A stretch of DNA of 64,000 nucleotides from Octopus bimaculoides (Eukaryota): the NCBI RefSeq assembly GCF_001194135.2, contig NC_068995.1, positions 38,881,692-38,945,691 on the forward strand, in the 5' to 3' direction. The stretch's first letter is position 1; every line of letters begins with the position of its first letter. The position numbers and the translations under genes are program-made. Under the pieces are notes generated by a model. That model had not been told where the DNA came from. It was given only the letters and a program-made list of their open reading frames with translations, and searched no databases. Positions 37,333-51,291 of this stretch are shown here, one piece after another.

Positions 37333-40300
37333 TTACGTTAAAAAGAGTTGCTTTTCTCGAGCATTCAAAATGTAACATACAATCACTAGCCCCAGTTTGC
37401 ATTTGGAATAAATCAGCTTCCCATAGATTCATAGTTTTAATATTAGAAATAAATAAATATGCACCGAAGTAAAAGCTATATACCTGAATGGTGAATTTTA
37501 TTTCCACATTTACATTAAGTGCAGGGGAGACGGTACATTTGTTTCCATTTATTTTCACCCTCATTTGTCTATATCTTATATTGAAATACTCACAAAAGTA
37601 AAGATTTCTATTTTCTGAACAAAATAACAATATTCTGCTAAAAAAGTTAAGGTAAAATGAATTGCCATTTAGTTAACATTTCTGCATTATTTAGATCATC
37701 TTAGCTCCAAAACGTAATGTAAATCACGGTGTGATTTGAATATTAGATTCTAAGATAAGATATAGAACTTAATGCAGTAGTGTAGCTTGCCGGATGTTCA
37801 AATGTTTCTGTATGTGAAACGATTTGCAACTTCACTAATACTCACAAAGTTGCAAAATGTTTTTGTTCCACTTTAAACATAAGTGCTTCTGCACAAATCC
37901 GTACTTATCACACTAAAATAACATTAAATGTCTCACATTTCATTTGCTGTATTCCATTGGGTATTCTAAATGCATTCGGAAGGAAATCATTTGCATATTA
38001 GAAAAATATTTTCACTTCATTCACTTCAAAATCTGGAGAAAGTGTTGCTACAATAGCAAGCTTTGCACTCGAAATATCATAGCTAATCTTTCCAGCTATA
38101 TTTGTAACATTTCGATATATTCTTTCTAATTTGTAATTTCATATGCATTTATTGATTTTGTCAGATACATTGCGGTATTTCTTCTTTTAGTTTATTCATA
38201 CTGACGTCAAACTTGTATTGCAATAGAATAAAGTAGACATAATGTAGCCAAAAGGCCATGAACTGCTAATTCTTTAAAATGTTATACCAGTGAAAGTAAC
38301 AGAAGTTTATAGAACATTTTGATTTCAGAAACGAACCGTTATAACTTTTTATGATGCTTAGATATATTTGACTGACTTAACCACAAGGTACTACTGGCAT
38401 TTTACTCAAAATATTTCTACGAACGAAAAACAGTCAACATTTAAAATCGAATGACCTATATATCACGAGTTTTTTGATTTGATATACTACAGAATTCTCC
38501 TACGCCATCGTGTTAAATGTTATGTATAAACACACTTTTATTTTCAATAAAATATGAATTACTAAGGACAAAAGTTTTAGCGAGAGTGTTTAATGTGTGT
38601 ATATACATACATACATACATACATACATACATACATTAGAATAAAATTAGTGCAATGATTCACGATAGTTCATCAGATAAATGGTATATCATTTGGAGAA
38701 ATTCCAACTTGCAGTTTCAGCTTCATGTATATGTTATCAAATTTATAGTCTAGATTGTTTTGAAAATATACTATAGCCTTCAGCCATTCCATGCGTAATG
38801 CTCACTTATCAATTGTGGACCGGCTAAAGAAATCCGGAATAGATAATTTTAACTATACACAACAGAATATGCAGAACAGAATTTTGAGAGCACTGGATTG
38901 AATGGAAGAAGAAACGATTATTCTGTGTTGTTAAATAATAATCTTATTTCATATGCAATACTAAACTGTCTAACGGGAAAACCATTTGTTTCCACTATAT
39001 ATGTGTGAATCTAATGCGCTGAAACTTGGCTGAACATACCTATTGTAATGGAAACTATTAGTTTGTAAGGTGGATGCGCTTTTCTGACACTTCATGAAAA
39101 CATCTTATGATAGTCATATGATATCGATATATGTCAATACTCACATGTGTGTCTGTGTCCGTGTGCACATACCATAAAACCACAAAATGAAGGAAGTGCG
39201 ACGGATGGTTTAATACGCAGACGAGATTACAGACCACATACGTCTTAAATATAACTTGCAGTCTAGTCGCACAGGAGATATTTTATATTTAAAACCATAA
39301 CAATAGAACTATTTCAATATTTGAATTATGAATAAAAACCAAATCCTGGCGTGAATCACGTCCTCCCTTGAAGTTATTTAATTTTCTTGTAGTAATTAAT
39401 CTTTTGATAAATTATAGGTGAATCATTTTCTCAAAACGGATTTTGATATGAAAGCAATAATTATGTATTTTAAATAATAATAGTGACATATTTCTACAGA
39501 TGCTACATTGCGAAATTAATATGATCGCATATATTTAATAAGATCGCATATAACATACTCCGTCAAACACGGAGCAAGAGATACCCAAAGCGTTGAAAAT
39601 TAATTTCGAAAATACAAAAGTAATTGCAACGATAAAAGGAAAAAGATTAAGATCCATTGCAGTCCTCATTATTAATTACAGTTTGTTTTTTTCTTTGTTT
39701 CAGTGATGACAAAAAATTTGTATCAAAAGCAAACAGAACGATGATTCAAAAGCAGTCCAAGGAATTTAGAAAAATAATAAATAAAAAGAATTATACATTT
39801 TGGTCTTCTAAGAAACTATAACTTACTACAGATTTTATATCTTAGATTTTGAAAAAACAAATAACAAAAAAAAAGTACATAAAGCTTGAGAAAAAACTGA
39901 AACATAGTTGCCTTGGATTTGTGTGTTAAATAGAATTTTTATATCTCGATAGATTCATTATACTAATATTAAACACACGCACTGAACCTATTTGGATTCT
40001 ATATTATTCCTTTGTTTAAATATTTAGCTTTCATTAAGTATATCGCTAATGACAAAGAAATTATTTTAACAACCGTAACTTATTGATAGATTAAACAAAT
40101 GAGTAATCAAATAATAGATTGGTTACCCGGTTCAGTAACCAACCATTAAACGAGTAAAATGTGCGATAAAACTAATACAAGTTTTTATATTAGCATGAAG
40201 AAACCCCCGAGATAAACTAAAAAGTATTACGAATGCGTCATCTTGGTCGTAGTTTTTCTATTAACCATTGTAAGTAAGATTAACATTTGTAATAGATAAC

Positions 40301-41132
40301 TAGAATTGATTTTAGTTTCACATTCAGTTCGCTCAGCACAATAAATATTAAATAGAACTCAGCATGCTTTATAATATAAATATGATGTATAAGAGCAAGA
40401 GATTTAAAAAGTAAACATTTTTTTATTTTGCGTAAAATTACTTATACGTTTCAAATTTAAATTTTATTCAAACGGTGAGGTGTGAAAAAAAATTGCAAAA
40501 ATACTTTTTCAAAAAGTATTTTGTTTTAAACTTTAACAGTATAACGTGAAAATTGAAGACTTTTTGGATACATTTCTATTAAAAACTCAAACGTGACGTA
40601 GGGACCTATATTTTCACTACTTTGAGTTTTACATGTTTGTCTCGGTTTGAGCGACATACAACAGGTTTTCTCATGCACCGTCATGCATTTGTGGCTATGC
40701 TGAAGTTATGTGAGGGATTAAATCAGCTACTTTACATCAATGTGAATGTAATTGATGCTGAAACAGCTTTTACCTACTGCCTTGTAATTATAGGTTCTTA
40801 CTAACCATTCTTGCGAATAGACGTGAAACTTTCCTACATATAGCGGCTATAACGTTCATTATTTATATTGGGTACATATATTTTTTTCAGTCGTTTCTAA
40901 GTGTAGTAATTCGTGAATGTATTTATATCTAGAGCTACATATGGCTGTTGACGATTGTTATATCAGTGTTAATAGATACGCTTAAACCAAACTACTTAAA
41001 TATTACGCCAAAATATACATTAATCCTTTTCATGTTTATTTTGATTTTTTGTTAACCGAAACTCTGCCTTCAGTCAGGGATATTTTTATCCTAGATCAGA
41101 TTCTTTTTACGAAAAAATATAAATATGACTAT

Positions 41133-41546
41133 ATAGGCGTATGAGTGGCTGTGTGGTAAGTAGCCTGCTTACCTATCATATGGTTCTGGGTTCAGTTCCA
41201 CTGCGTGGCACCTTGGGTAAGTGTATTCTACTATAGCCTCGGGCGGACCAAAGCCTTGTGAGTTAATTTGGTAGACAGAAACTAAAAGAAGCCCGTCGTA
41301 TAAATGTATATATATATATATATATATGCGTGTGTGTATGTTTGTGTGTCTGTGTTTATCCTCCCAACATCACTTGACCACCGATGCTGGTGTGTTTACG
41401 TCCCCGTACCTTAGCGGTTCGGCAGAATGACCGATAGACTAAGTACTAGGCTTACCAAGAATAAGTCCTGGGGTCGATTTTCTCGACTAGAGGAGGTGAT
41501 CCAGCATGGCCACAATCAAATGACTGAAGCAAGTAAAAGAGTAAAA
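41133..41546 (+). mobile_element. SINE (OR-like family), full length
   Basis: GAGTGGCTGTGTGGTAAG (A box), GGGTTCAGTTCC (B box), CCTTGGGTAAGTG (CORE-like), (TA)n/(TG)n, and tail CCAGCATGGCCACAATCAAATGACTGAAGCAAGTAAAAGAGTAAAA. Confidence 0.88.
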
Positions 41547-43479
41547 CGAGTATGTTAATAACAAAATTCCAGCATGGATGGATATTCTCAATAATTTCAG
41601 TTCAAATATCGCACATATTTTGATGCGTAAGAAGCCATACAGTCGCCCCAGAGTTTTTCGAGCGTGCGTTTAAACATGTTTTTTTCAAATGTAATTTAAA
41701 GTAAGCTCTGTGCCCAAAATGTTACCAGTGAAATTATAATTCATAATTATTAATAATACTTTTTAAAGTAAATCTTTGGCAAACACTTTGATTAACTAGG
41801 AAATTGCTATTAGTTTATACTACCTTTTCACAATAATTTACATCAACTCACCTCTTGCAGATGGTTTAGTGCTGAAATACCGATGTTACAATGATACATT
41901 TTATACATATGTAAATATTTCAGTGAAGAATTATAAAAATAAATTGATTGTTTTATTATTGAAATCAAACGACTTAAAATTAAAACGAATATTCAGTTAG
42001 AACAGTGACAGCGTGAAACGCAAAAGATCTGCGGCTATATTTAAATTTCCATGGATATAGAATAGTTTTGTGGAAATTACAATTGCAGATCTTGGCGAGG
42101 TTGTTAACATTGAGCTGCAAGAAATATCTATACATGATTCGGAAATTAAATTTACCAAATTGAATTATCACGACGTCAAAATACCTTGAGAAATGACTAG
42201 TGAAAAAACATAATTGAGTATTTCACTGTTTGACGCGTCATTTCTCAAATAGATTGAAGTAGGTTGGTTAAGTGCCATTTGATCAAGCAATAAATATGTT
42301 ACTACCTGTAAAATGATTTCTACGCACGCTCGCTAAAAGTGCTCATGGCCGAGCTTGAAAATAGATTCTGGGATCAATGTGTTTATTCAAGGAGTGTTGT
42401 CTAATATATAAATGGATAACTCTTTATATTAATTTCCCCACAGTAACGTCCGTACGATAAGCTAAGAGGTACAAATTGTGCGCAAGTGTAATATCAGTAG
42501 ATATTGACACGTACATAGTTAGATAATACTATTTTTCTCTCAATTTATGAACTTTTTCTCCATGCTCAGATGTAAATGTTTTTTCCACCTGCAGGCATAT
42601 AATAATTCTACATCGTTCATCATTCAAGATCGTACTCCGTACAAATACTGTTGTGTTTATCTAACATACCTTCAGTATTAATACACAAAGTTCATGGTGA
42701 CGCAGGGAGCCTGTCGGCTACACTACATTAAGTTGCACGTCTGAAAAATATGAGGATTTGTGATGCAAGTAAGGAAAAGATAAATCCATTAAAAGGCATT
42801 CGAACATTAATAAGAATATTTTATTGTGATCGTTTTAATAATATACACGTAGATGAATAAGGTTTCAAGGTTGTTCAAGTGTTGTTTTGAGAGTATTATG
42901 CTTTGAAATAGCATAATTTACATTACAAGCAATGGCACTTTAAATAGTATAAGCCAAATAAATGACTTTAAATAAATATTGTCACATGGACTTGAGAAAA
43001 CCACATATAGCATTGCTGTACATATTTGAAATATATTATTAGAAAAGTACATTACATTGTAAAAGATCTGAAAGATTTTGCGAGAGGCAAACATAATAAT
43101 AACAATAATGAGATATAAGAACCAAAGAATGCAACTTTATTCTTAATGATTATGAACCGTCTTTTAGTACATTTAGAAGGTATACTTCCTAAATATGTGG
43201 CACAAGAGTGATCTTGTTTTTGTGTTTTTCAAATAGTTGATTGTAGTACTATAATAATTACGTAGTTTAATGGATTCATATTTTTCAAGCGAGAAAGGAA
43301 AAACAAACATTACTCATAAGGTAATTACGCAGAAATTAAAGAGTTTAGCATTATAAAATCCTTTATATCTCATGTAAAAGCTCACATTAGCCATGAGATT
43401 TTCAAAACCTGAGATATCTTAATAATTAAACGAATGTAAATGGAACATTTAAAATAATATAATATGATTATTTCATTCT

Positions 43480-45890
43480 TTTATTTTTTTTATATGTTTC
43501 AGCCTTGAAGCTACGGCCATGCTGGGATACCACTGCCAGTGTAATCACCTTTTAATTGGCCAATTATATGGATTTGCTTTTAGTGAAGGAGCGATTTCGA
43601 TACCGCTGCCTTCTTTTGAGTTTCCTGCCTTGATATTGGTTCATCTGCGAACTTGCTTAGCAAGAGGTCAAGTTGTTTCTTGAAAACATCTACCCCACTC
43701 CATGGAGATCTCTCAGATAGTTTGGCAAGGAGTTATATTAGTTGTGGGCTCTTGAATCCCATGCTATTGCAGTACATGGTCCTCGGCTTAGATGACACAC
43801 TGGGACTCTTGGAACAGTGTAGTGACGTCCATTACCAGGTCTGGAATAACTTTCAATTCCAAAGTTTGGTGCCAGCCCCTCCACTATCTTCCACATATAT
43901 CGCAGCATACATCTCCCGTCTTCGCTCCAAGGAGTAGAGCAGTGGCTCTTTTAGTCTCTCCCAGTAGCTCAGCTGTTCCACTGATACGATCTTCATCGTG
44001 GAGTATCGCTGACCTGCTATCAATCCTACTGTGTCAGGTGATGGCTGAGGACAAACGTCCTCCATAGGACCAGCATAGTTTCCTGGTCCCTTATTCTGAA
44101 GGTTCTCAGAATTCATCCAGCCATTCGCCTGCACAATGTAACCATCTTGGTGACATGCATGTGAAACGGGGTATTGTTACTCATTTCAACCCCAAGATAA
44201 CGCACCGTATGTGATTCTAGGATTGCTGTTTCTTTTGATCCAAAGTCTCGTTGTTGTGACTTCTGACCACCAATTCGCTGGTAGCGGAAGGCTTGGAATT
44301 TGCATGAATTAAACTGCATGTTGTTTTCTCAGACTATTTTTATATGGTATCTAGGTCGTTTTGCAAAAGATTAGCATCAGAAGGTTCCTTGACTGCTTGT
44401 GATACATTCGTGTCGTCGGCTGCTACAGCCTGGCTTCTGTCTTTTATGATGTCATGCAACCACTCTCCAATATTTCCAGCTACGCCGAGTGTCCGTAGTT
44501 TCTGACATATCATCCCATGATCAACCTTATCAAAGCCTTTGCAAACGCAAGGTATGTTACATCTACATTTGAGCGATTCATTAGTTGTTTCAACACCCAG
44601 TCATTGCTGCTGTGTAAGGCAGCTTCTGCCTGAGTGAAAGCCATGCTAGGTGTCAGGAAGCAAATCATTATCTTCAAGGAACGTGATTAGTTTCTACTTC
44701 AAAAAGCACTCCATGACTTTGCTGACGTGGGAAGTTAGAAAGACTGGTCTATAATACTTAGCGTCTGTTCTGCTATCTCCCTAATGGACAGAGCATATAA
44801 TGCCTTCCTTTAACTTTTTGGGACGTCTCCCTGCGAGAATGATCTGGAAGGGAATCTGAAGTGGTCTACCTAGAGCCCATTTGCATTTCTTATAGAGTAT
44901 TACTGGGAATCCATCAGAGTTTGTTGCTGAGAACTCATCAAAAATAGCTACGCTCAAGTGTCCCATTGGGCCGGTGTAGGCCCGCTTGTATTGCACATTC
45001 ACTATTTCGCCGATCTTCTGGGGACCTGCAGTCAGTAAGCCATTTTCTCCAAGTAGTGGCCCTATTTCATACTATAGCGAATGAGATTCTTTTGCATATC
45101 TATAGAAGGCTTTAGGGTTTGTCTTAATATTTTTGACAGCACTGGCATCCTTTTCTGCCCTCTCTTTTTCATGCGAGCGTTTGAGTTCATTTTCGATGTC
45201 GATCAATGTTCAGATGAAGTAGGATCGTTTGTTATCCTTTAGTTTCCCGTTTAGACGATTTGACATTTTTGCCCGTCGTCTCATTAGAATACTGCTATCA
45301 CTGGGCGGTATATTTTTCTGCCGGCTAGGCATTCTTTCTGGTTCAATCTTACTGCAGATATCAAACATGATTGTCATAAAGTGTTGTAACTTTAGGTCAA
45401 TATATTCTATAGAGACTGGCAGATCATTTATGTTCCATGAATTCTTTCTCGATACCCTTCTGTGAAAATTCAGGCTGGGGAGGTGTTGGGTGCCTCTAGT
45501 AGCCTCCATGTCTGTAGTCTTCTACGGAACATACATTTTTTGTTCTATTAAGTTCTGGTTCGGGAGAATCGCCGGTGTCGTCCTAACATTATGGATGAGC
45601 ACCGTGTTGTTTGTGAAACAGAGGTCCAGGACATGTTTTCCTCTTGTTGCGTGGAGCACTATTTGCTCAATAAAAAGCATGTTAGTAAGGTGAAGCAGAT
45701 ATTCTGCATGCTTCAGGCCATGCAGTGACATGCCTAAGAGAATGTGACCTCAGGCCATTTGGCATAAGGCAGGTTGAAATCCACCAAAAGAAGTATGTGC
45801 AGGTTGTCATCCAAGTTGGTAAATACTTATTTCATTCCTTGAAGGCTCTCTTCAAATGATATCTTGTACACATTACTAGTCTTCATCTGT
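43480..45890 (-). mobile_element. CR1/L2-group LINE, decayed ORF2 (partial APE, RT and C-terminus) with 3' tail
   Basis: Minus translation DFNLPYAKW and TRGKHVLDLCFTNN (APE); NIKTNPKAFYRYAK; YRPVFLTSHVSKVME; VDVTYLAFAKAFDKVDHG; ADDT; VRYLGV; YSLERRREMYAAIY. Many stops and deletions. Confidence 0.92.
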
Positions 45891-46443
45891 TTGACGTGTG
45901 CCACCAGAGTGTTACAGACTGAGATATTATTATCATTAATTTCTGTACAATTTATATCATATAAACAACAGAGATTATTATTGTTATTTATTTAATAAAA
46001 CAAGAAACAACATATGAAATAGATTAGCATATAGAACAAAATCGTAACTAAATGAGTTATTTTGCATGATGCAAACAATTTGGTATAATATTGTAATAGA
46101 AGATGATGTTCTATCCTTTCTCATAAACAGACAAAACATTCTTTTTTTAAGAAGAATCTTGTAAAATAATGTGTTCACAATACTTTAAAATTACTTCGTC
46201 ACAAGAAATGTAATAGATTTCTCAAAAAAGTAATCACTTTTTTTTTAATTATGAAAATATCACAAGGGTCCTTTCAATAATATTTCTAGTTGAAATTAGT
46301 TGTGATAAATTCATTTTAATAACATCCTAGAAATTAATTAGATTTCCATGTGTTTCTCTTAAATAGGTTTTCAGAAAAAGTAGTTATTTCATCGGTGGAG
46401 GGGATTGTCGAACTGACAAAAATTAAACAGAAAGTGTCTCATA

Positions 46444-47309
46444 TGTGGACTGATCGATAAGTATCCGGATTGTTGCTATCGTAACGAAGCTAAAGCTCAC
46501 AGAGTGAAGTCGCTAGGCACAGGTTGACCTTGAATTCTGCTGTACAGGCGCACTGAGTTTCAACGTTCTAGTTCACTTCCTCTGTTAACAGCAAAGCTTG
46601 GAAGGCGTGTAGCGTGTAATCGTCGCATTGACCATAACCGAAATTTCAGCAGAAAATCTGCACCAGACTTTTCCAAAGGCTTGGTGATACCTGCTAGAAG
46701 CCAACTCAAATGTTTCAAAAGGTTTTCATCGTCCTCGACATAATCTAGATCTTGAACAACTGAAAATCGACTGTCTTTTGGGTCAGCTGAAAGCATAAAT
46801 TTGGCAGACACGTGTCTCATACCGAAATCTTCAGTGATAATGGACTGAACTAATCTGCATATCCTTTCATAACTAGCGGATGATGATTCAACGATTTCCT
46901 TTCACTTCTCCACGCAAATCTGCAATGTCTTTCTCAGTTCTGCTGGTTGCGAGTCTCCCAGAACGTTCGTCAATGTCGCCATTTTTTTCGACCGTCTTGG
47001 AAACATCTGACCCACTCGTACACTTGCGTGCGACTCATACACTCCTCTCCCTACACTTTCTGCAACTTTGAGTTGGCATCTAAGCAGTTATCACCATGAC
47101 AACTTTCTCTGTCGTGGTCAATGCAACGATCGCACGTTACTCACCTTCCTTCCAAGCATTGCTATAAACAGGGGATGTGAGCAAGAACGTTAACTCTTAC
47201 TGCACATGCACAGCAGTATTTAATGTTAATCTGTGCAAAGCGACTTCTTTCTGGGTACTTTCGCTTCGTTACCGTGGCAACAATCCATATACTTATTGAA
47301 CAGATCTCG
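46444..47309 (-). mobile_element. non-autonomous mariner derivative with ~200-bp inverted arms
   Basis: TA flanks at 46442-43 and 47310-11; arms about 46444-46640 and 47110-47309. Internal minus translation GEECMSRTQVYEWVRCFQDGR...DERSGRLATSRTE...IITEDFGMRHVSAKF is the mariner N-terminal HTH region; no DDD domain. Confidence 0.85.
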
Positions 47310-47436
47310 TATATCATGAGGTATAAGCCGCGCCAAAATTATTTCGAAACGATTGGAAGTTGCTATCTGTACAATCATTCAGTGTACAAATAGTTTTGTA
47401 ACCGGGAAGTACTTTGCACAAAGTACTTGAGCACAG

Positions 47437-47695
47437 TGTGGAGGCGCGTCGTCTGGTGGTTAGGATGACGGCACCATCATCGTATGATTGTGGATTCGAT
47501 TCCTGAACCGGGCGACGCGTTTTGTTCTTAAGCAAAACATTTCATTTCACGTTGCTCCAGTCCACTCAGCTGGCAAAAAATGAGTAACGCTGCGATGGAC
47601 TAGCGTCCCGTCCAGCTGCGGAACACATACGCCATTGAAACCGGGAAACCGGGCTCGTGAGCCTGGCTAGGCTTTTAAAAGTGCGCATTTATTAT
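47437..47695 (+). mobile_element. CORE-like SINE
   Basis: GTGGAGGCGCGT.GTCTGGTGGTTAGG, TTCGATTCC, CORE-like body; tail shared with the 30.1 kb copy. Confidence 0.85.
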
Positions 47696-48571
47696 ATTTT
47701 ATATATTTTATTTGAGCACAGTAATTATTCAAACTTGGAGTATTATGATCAATGATTAATACTGACTTTTTATTCCGAATGTGGTGTTATATGGCGGAGT
47801 TGTGAAGTTGATGTGTGTTTTCAGCACAATCTTTTCCCCTAAGATTTCTGCTAGTAACTACTTATCTAAGTCCTGTTTAGCGAAGTACAAAGTTCATGAA
47901 GTACAATTGTCGAGGTTGTTTTTATGTTGAAACACGTTCTTGGTTTATTGGACCTGCTCGACATGTCCGAGAATTATTTAGAGAGCAGTATCTTTATTAA
48001 TGTATGAATGTACGCCAAAATAGAATGAATAACATAAAAGAAAATTCTACAACACAACTACAGTAAATATGTGAATATATGTAATTGTTTCATCTTACGG
48101 TATTCCACTATTCATGATATTAAGTTTCTTTTCTTCGACGTACATATTTCTGAACATACATATCTTGGCTGCAGTATATCAGTATATTGTATTTGACAAG
48201 AGAGAAATACGGCACTATAATTGGTTTTGCTGGTGTCCATATACTCACTAACAATCACACACGCTCACACATATATCAACCTATGCATTTATCTGGAGAC
48301 AGATTGTTTAATTGATAGCTAACATCACACATATATACTCATATATGTACATACACAGACCCACAAACCCATACGTGATCTGAAGGATCTCCATTGGCAA
48401 GGGTGACAAGTATCTAGTTTTCCAAAATGAAATAAAATATTTGTTGAATTAGAGCGTGTGTGAGTGAGTGTCCCAATGACATGTAGTCTTAATGTAATCA
48501 TCAATTACTACCTGTCGAAAGTAATACACAATGATTGAATCAACACTAAGCAATATTCGACTATACTAAGT

Positions 48572-48611
<40 letters not shown>

Positions 48612-48647
48612 ATATATANNNNNNNNNNNNNNNNNNNNNNNNNNNNN

Positions 48648-48694
<47 letters not shown>

Positions 48695-50552
48695 ACTCAC
48701 TGATGCAAGAGAGTGAGTTATTTGAATGGGCGTTTTGTGCAACGAGTCGAAATTGTATCAAAGCAACATTTGCCTTTCACATTTAGGTGTTTTCAAGTTC
48801 CTGCGTTCAAGAAAGACTAATCTACCTCCTGGCACTCTAGTTCAAACATGACTCAAGCGGGATCTAGAAAGTACAACAAAGAGACATGCTGGTTTAAGTG
48901 ACAATAAAATGTTCTAAGACGAACTACACAACGTTTATACAAATCTATGCACACACTGCAACACAGACATGCGTATACACACATTGTGTATTTGGCTGAG
49001 GAAGATTTGCAAAGTTTTGATTAATTACGCAACATAATTCAATGTAACACATTTGCTGCATTTCGCTTCCAAAGGAATACGACGGATCTATTTTCACTTC
49101 ACTCCAATGATAGCGAGATACATGGATTCGCGACACAGGCCTGTATCCGCATGGTACATATCTAGACACTAGCGCAACGGACGATTTTGGTCACTTTGCG
49201 TGCATCGCACACACATGAGGCTGTAAATACCACCAATGTATTTTCGTAGTTCCACATTGCCAGCGACAAAATAGTACATTAGAATATACTACTCAAAATT
49301 ACCTAGTTGACGCAGAGCTGTTTCCAGGCTGTCTAACCACATAACATGCAGTATATTTTAGTACATTGCAAGATTTGTTTTGATGCCTTTTTCAGCACAA
49401 CAGCCTAATGCGATTGCTTAGCAACCCCTTGGAAGTTTATGTGTAAGTTATTTTATTTATCAAACACTATTTGAGCAACCTTGGAGGAATTATGATCTGT
49501 GAACCATTAAAGTAACTACAATACTGCAGACAATTAAGAATTCAAATTTAATACGCTCAGATATTTATCATTACGTTGGAACAAGCTTTGTTTTGATATA
49601 TGTTAGACAAACATATACACAAATGCAAATACGCATAAATACGTTCATAAACACAGATGTGTGCATATACGTGTGGGCATGAATGCTTGCATTCATATGT
49701 ATATTTGTATGTGTGGGGCAAGTGAATGTATACATATCTATCTATCTACTTACACATATACATACACACACACCATATATATATATATATATATANNNNN
49801 NNNNNNNNNNNNNNNNNNNNNNNNNNNNNNNNNNNNNNNNNNNNNNNNNNNNNNNNNNNNNNNNNNNNNNNNNNNNNNNNNNNNNNNNNNNNNNNNNNNN
49901 NNNNNNNNNNNNNNNNNNNNNNNNNNNNNNNNNNNNNNNNNNNNNNNNNNNNNNNNNNNNNNNNNNNNNNNNNNNNNNNNNNNNNNNNNNNNNNNNNNNN
50001 NNNNNNNNNNNNNNNNNNNNNNNNNNNNNNNNNNNNNNNNNNNNNNNNNNNNNNNNNNNNNNNNNNNNNNNNNNNNNNNNNNNNNNNNNNNNNNNNNNNN
50101 NNNNNNNNNNNNNNNNNNNNNNNNNNNNNNNNNNNNNNNNNNNNNNNNNNNNNNNNNNNNNNNNNNNNNNNNNNNNNNNNNNNNNNNNNNNNNNNNNNNN
50201 NNNNNNNNNNNNNNNNNNNNNNNNNNNNNNNNNNNNNNNNNNNNNNNNNNNNNNNNNNNNNNNNNTATATATATACAGATAGACAGACATAAAGATATAC
50301 AAACACGCATACATACACACATAGATACATGCATAGATACACACATGTTTGCATACACATATGTATTAGCCTTGTGGTTAACATATACGGACTGTCTGTG
50401 TAGGCAGCTGATCTAGTATTTAATAGCTATTTACAAATTAGTGAACAACGTAAAGGTGTATTTTGACTTTTCGTCTTTGGCTTTTTAAGCTTTTGTTATA
50501 TGTATTAACATTATGAACATATATGTATCTATTTATGGATTTCAAGAAGATA

Positions 50553-50730
50553 TGCTGACAGAAACCTTTCTTTACGGGGTCAAAAACTGATTAGCGGTAT
50601 TTACGTTCTCCGTAGTTCGTTTAAATTCCATTGAATCTAATTTTGCCTTTCACCCTTAAGGATCCGTGTAAGATAAATACTGAATGGCCATTGTAAAACG
50701 ATGTAATCAATTACCCACCTCTTAAACGCT
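50553..50730 (+). mobile_element. SINE, Meta-like family (degenerate)
   Basis: TTAGCGGTATTT...TTAAATTCC...TTTGCCTTTCACCCTT...GATGTAATCAATT. Confidence 0.6.
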
Positions 50731-51256
50731 TGAGAACTTGTATCTGTAGCAAACATATATATATTTGTAGAATTGACAACAAATTCTTGAAGCTATTTCT
50801 AATATTACATTTTATGTATTGCAATAGCTTCTATTTTCATCATCATCATCCTCATTCCCGTTATCACCACAATTATTAACCGTATTATTATTGTCGTTGG
50901 TTTTATATGATTTTTGTGTTTCTGTATGAAATGGTTCATTAAAAGAGTAAAACAAGTAAATTTGATTATTACTAAATCACACAGGAGGTTATAGTTTTTC
51001 ATTTCTTTTGACATATATTTTGCAAATAGTAAATAGTGTAATTCAAAACAACTAACACACTTCACTGACATCGCTGCTAAACCCGTGGTTATAACAGAAA
51101 TTACTTTCAGAAGTTGAAACTATTAGTAGAATTATACAAGCTCTCTTTTGTCTGAATATTGGTCTTCAACAGTCTGCACGTTTCTCTCTCTCTCATATTC
51201 CCGCCACACCCTATATATAAGCCGTTACATATACACGCAATTTTATATATGTAGGT

Positions 51257-51291
<35 letters not shown>

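Noticed and set aside
37845-38110. Minus-strand open frames (CDKYGFVQKHLCLKW...; IAGKISYDISSAKLAIVATLSPDF)
   Set aside because: Short, with no second line of support and no phase link to other candidates.
614-47695. tRNA-like sequences as genuine tRNA genes
   Set aside because: All continue into SINE bodies and lack intact cloverleaf or acceptor stems.
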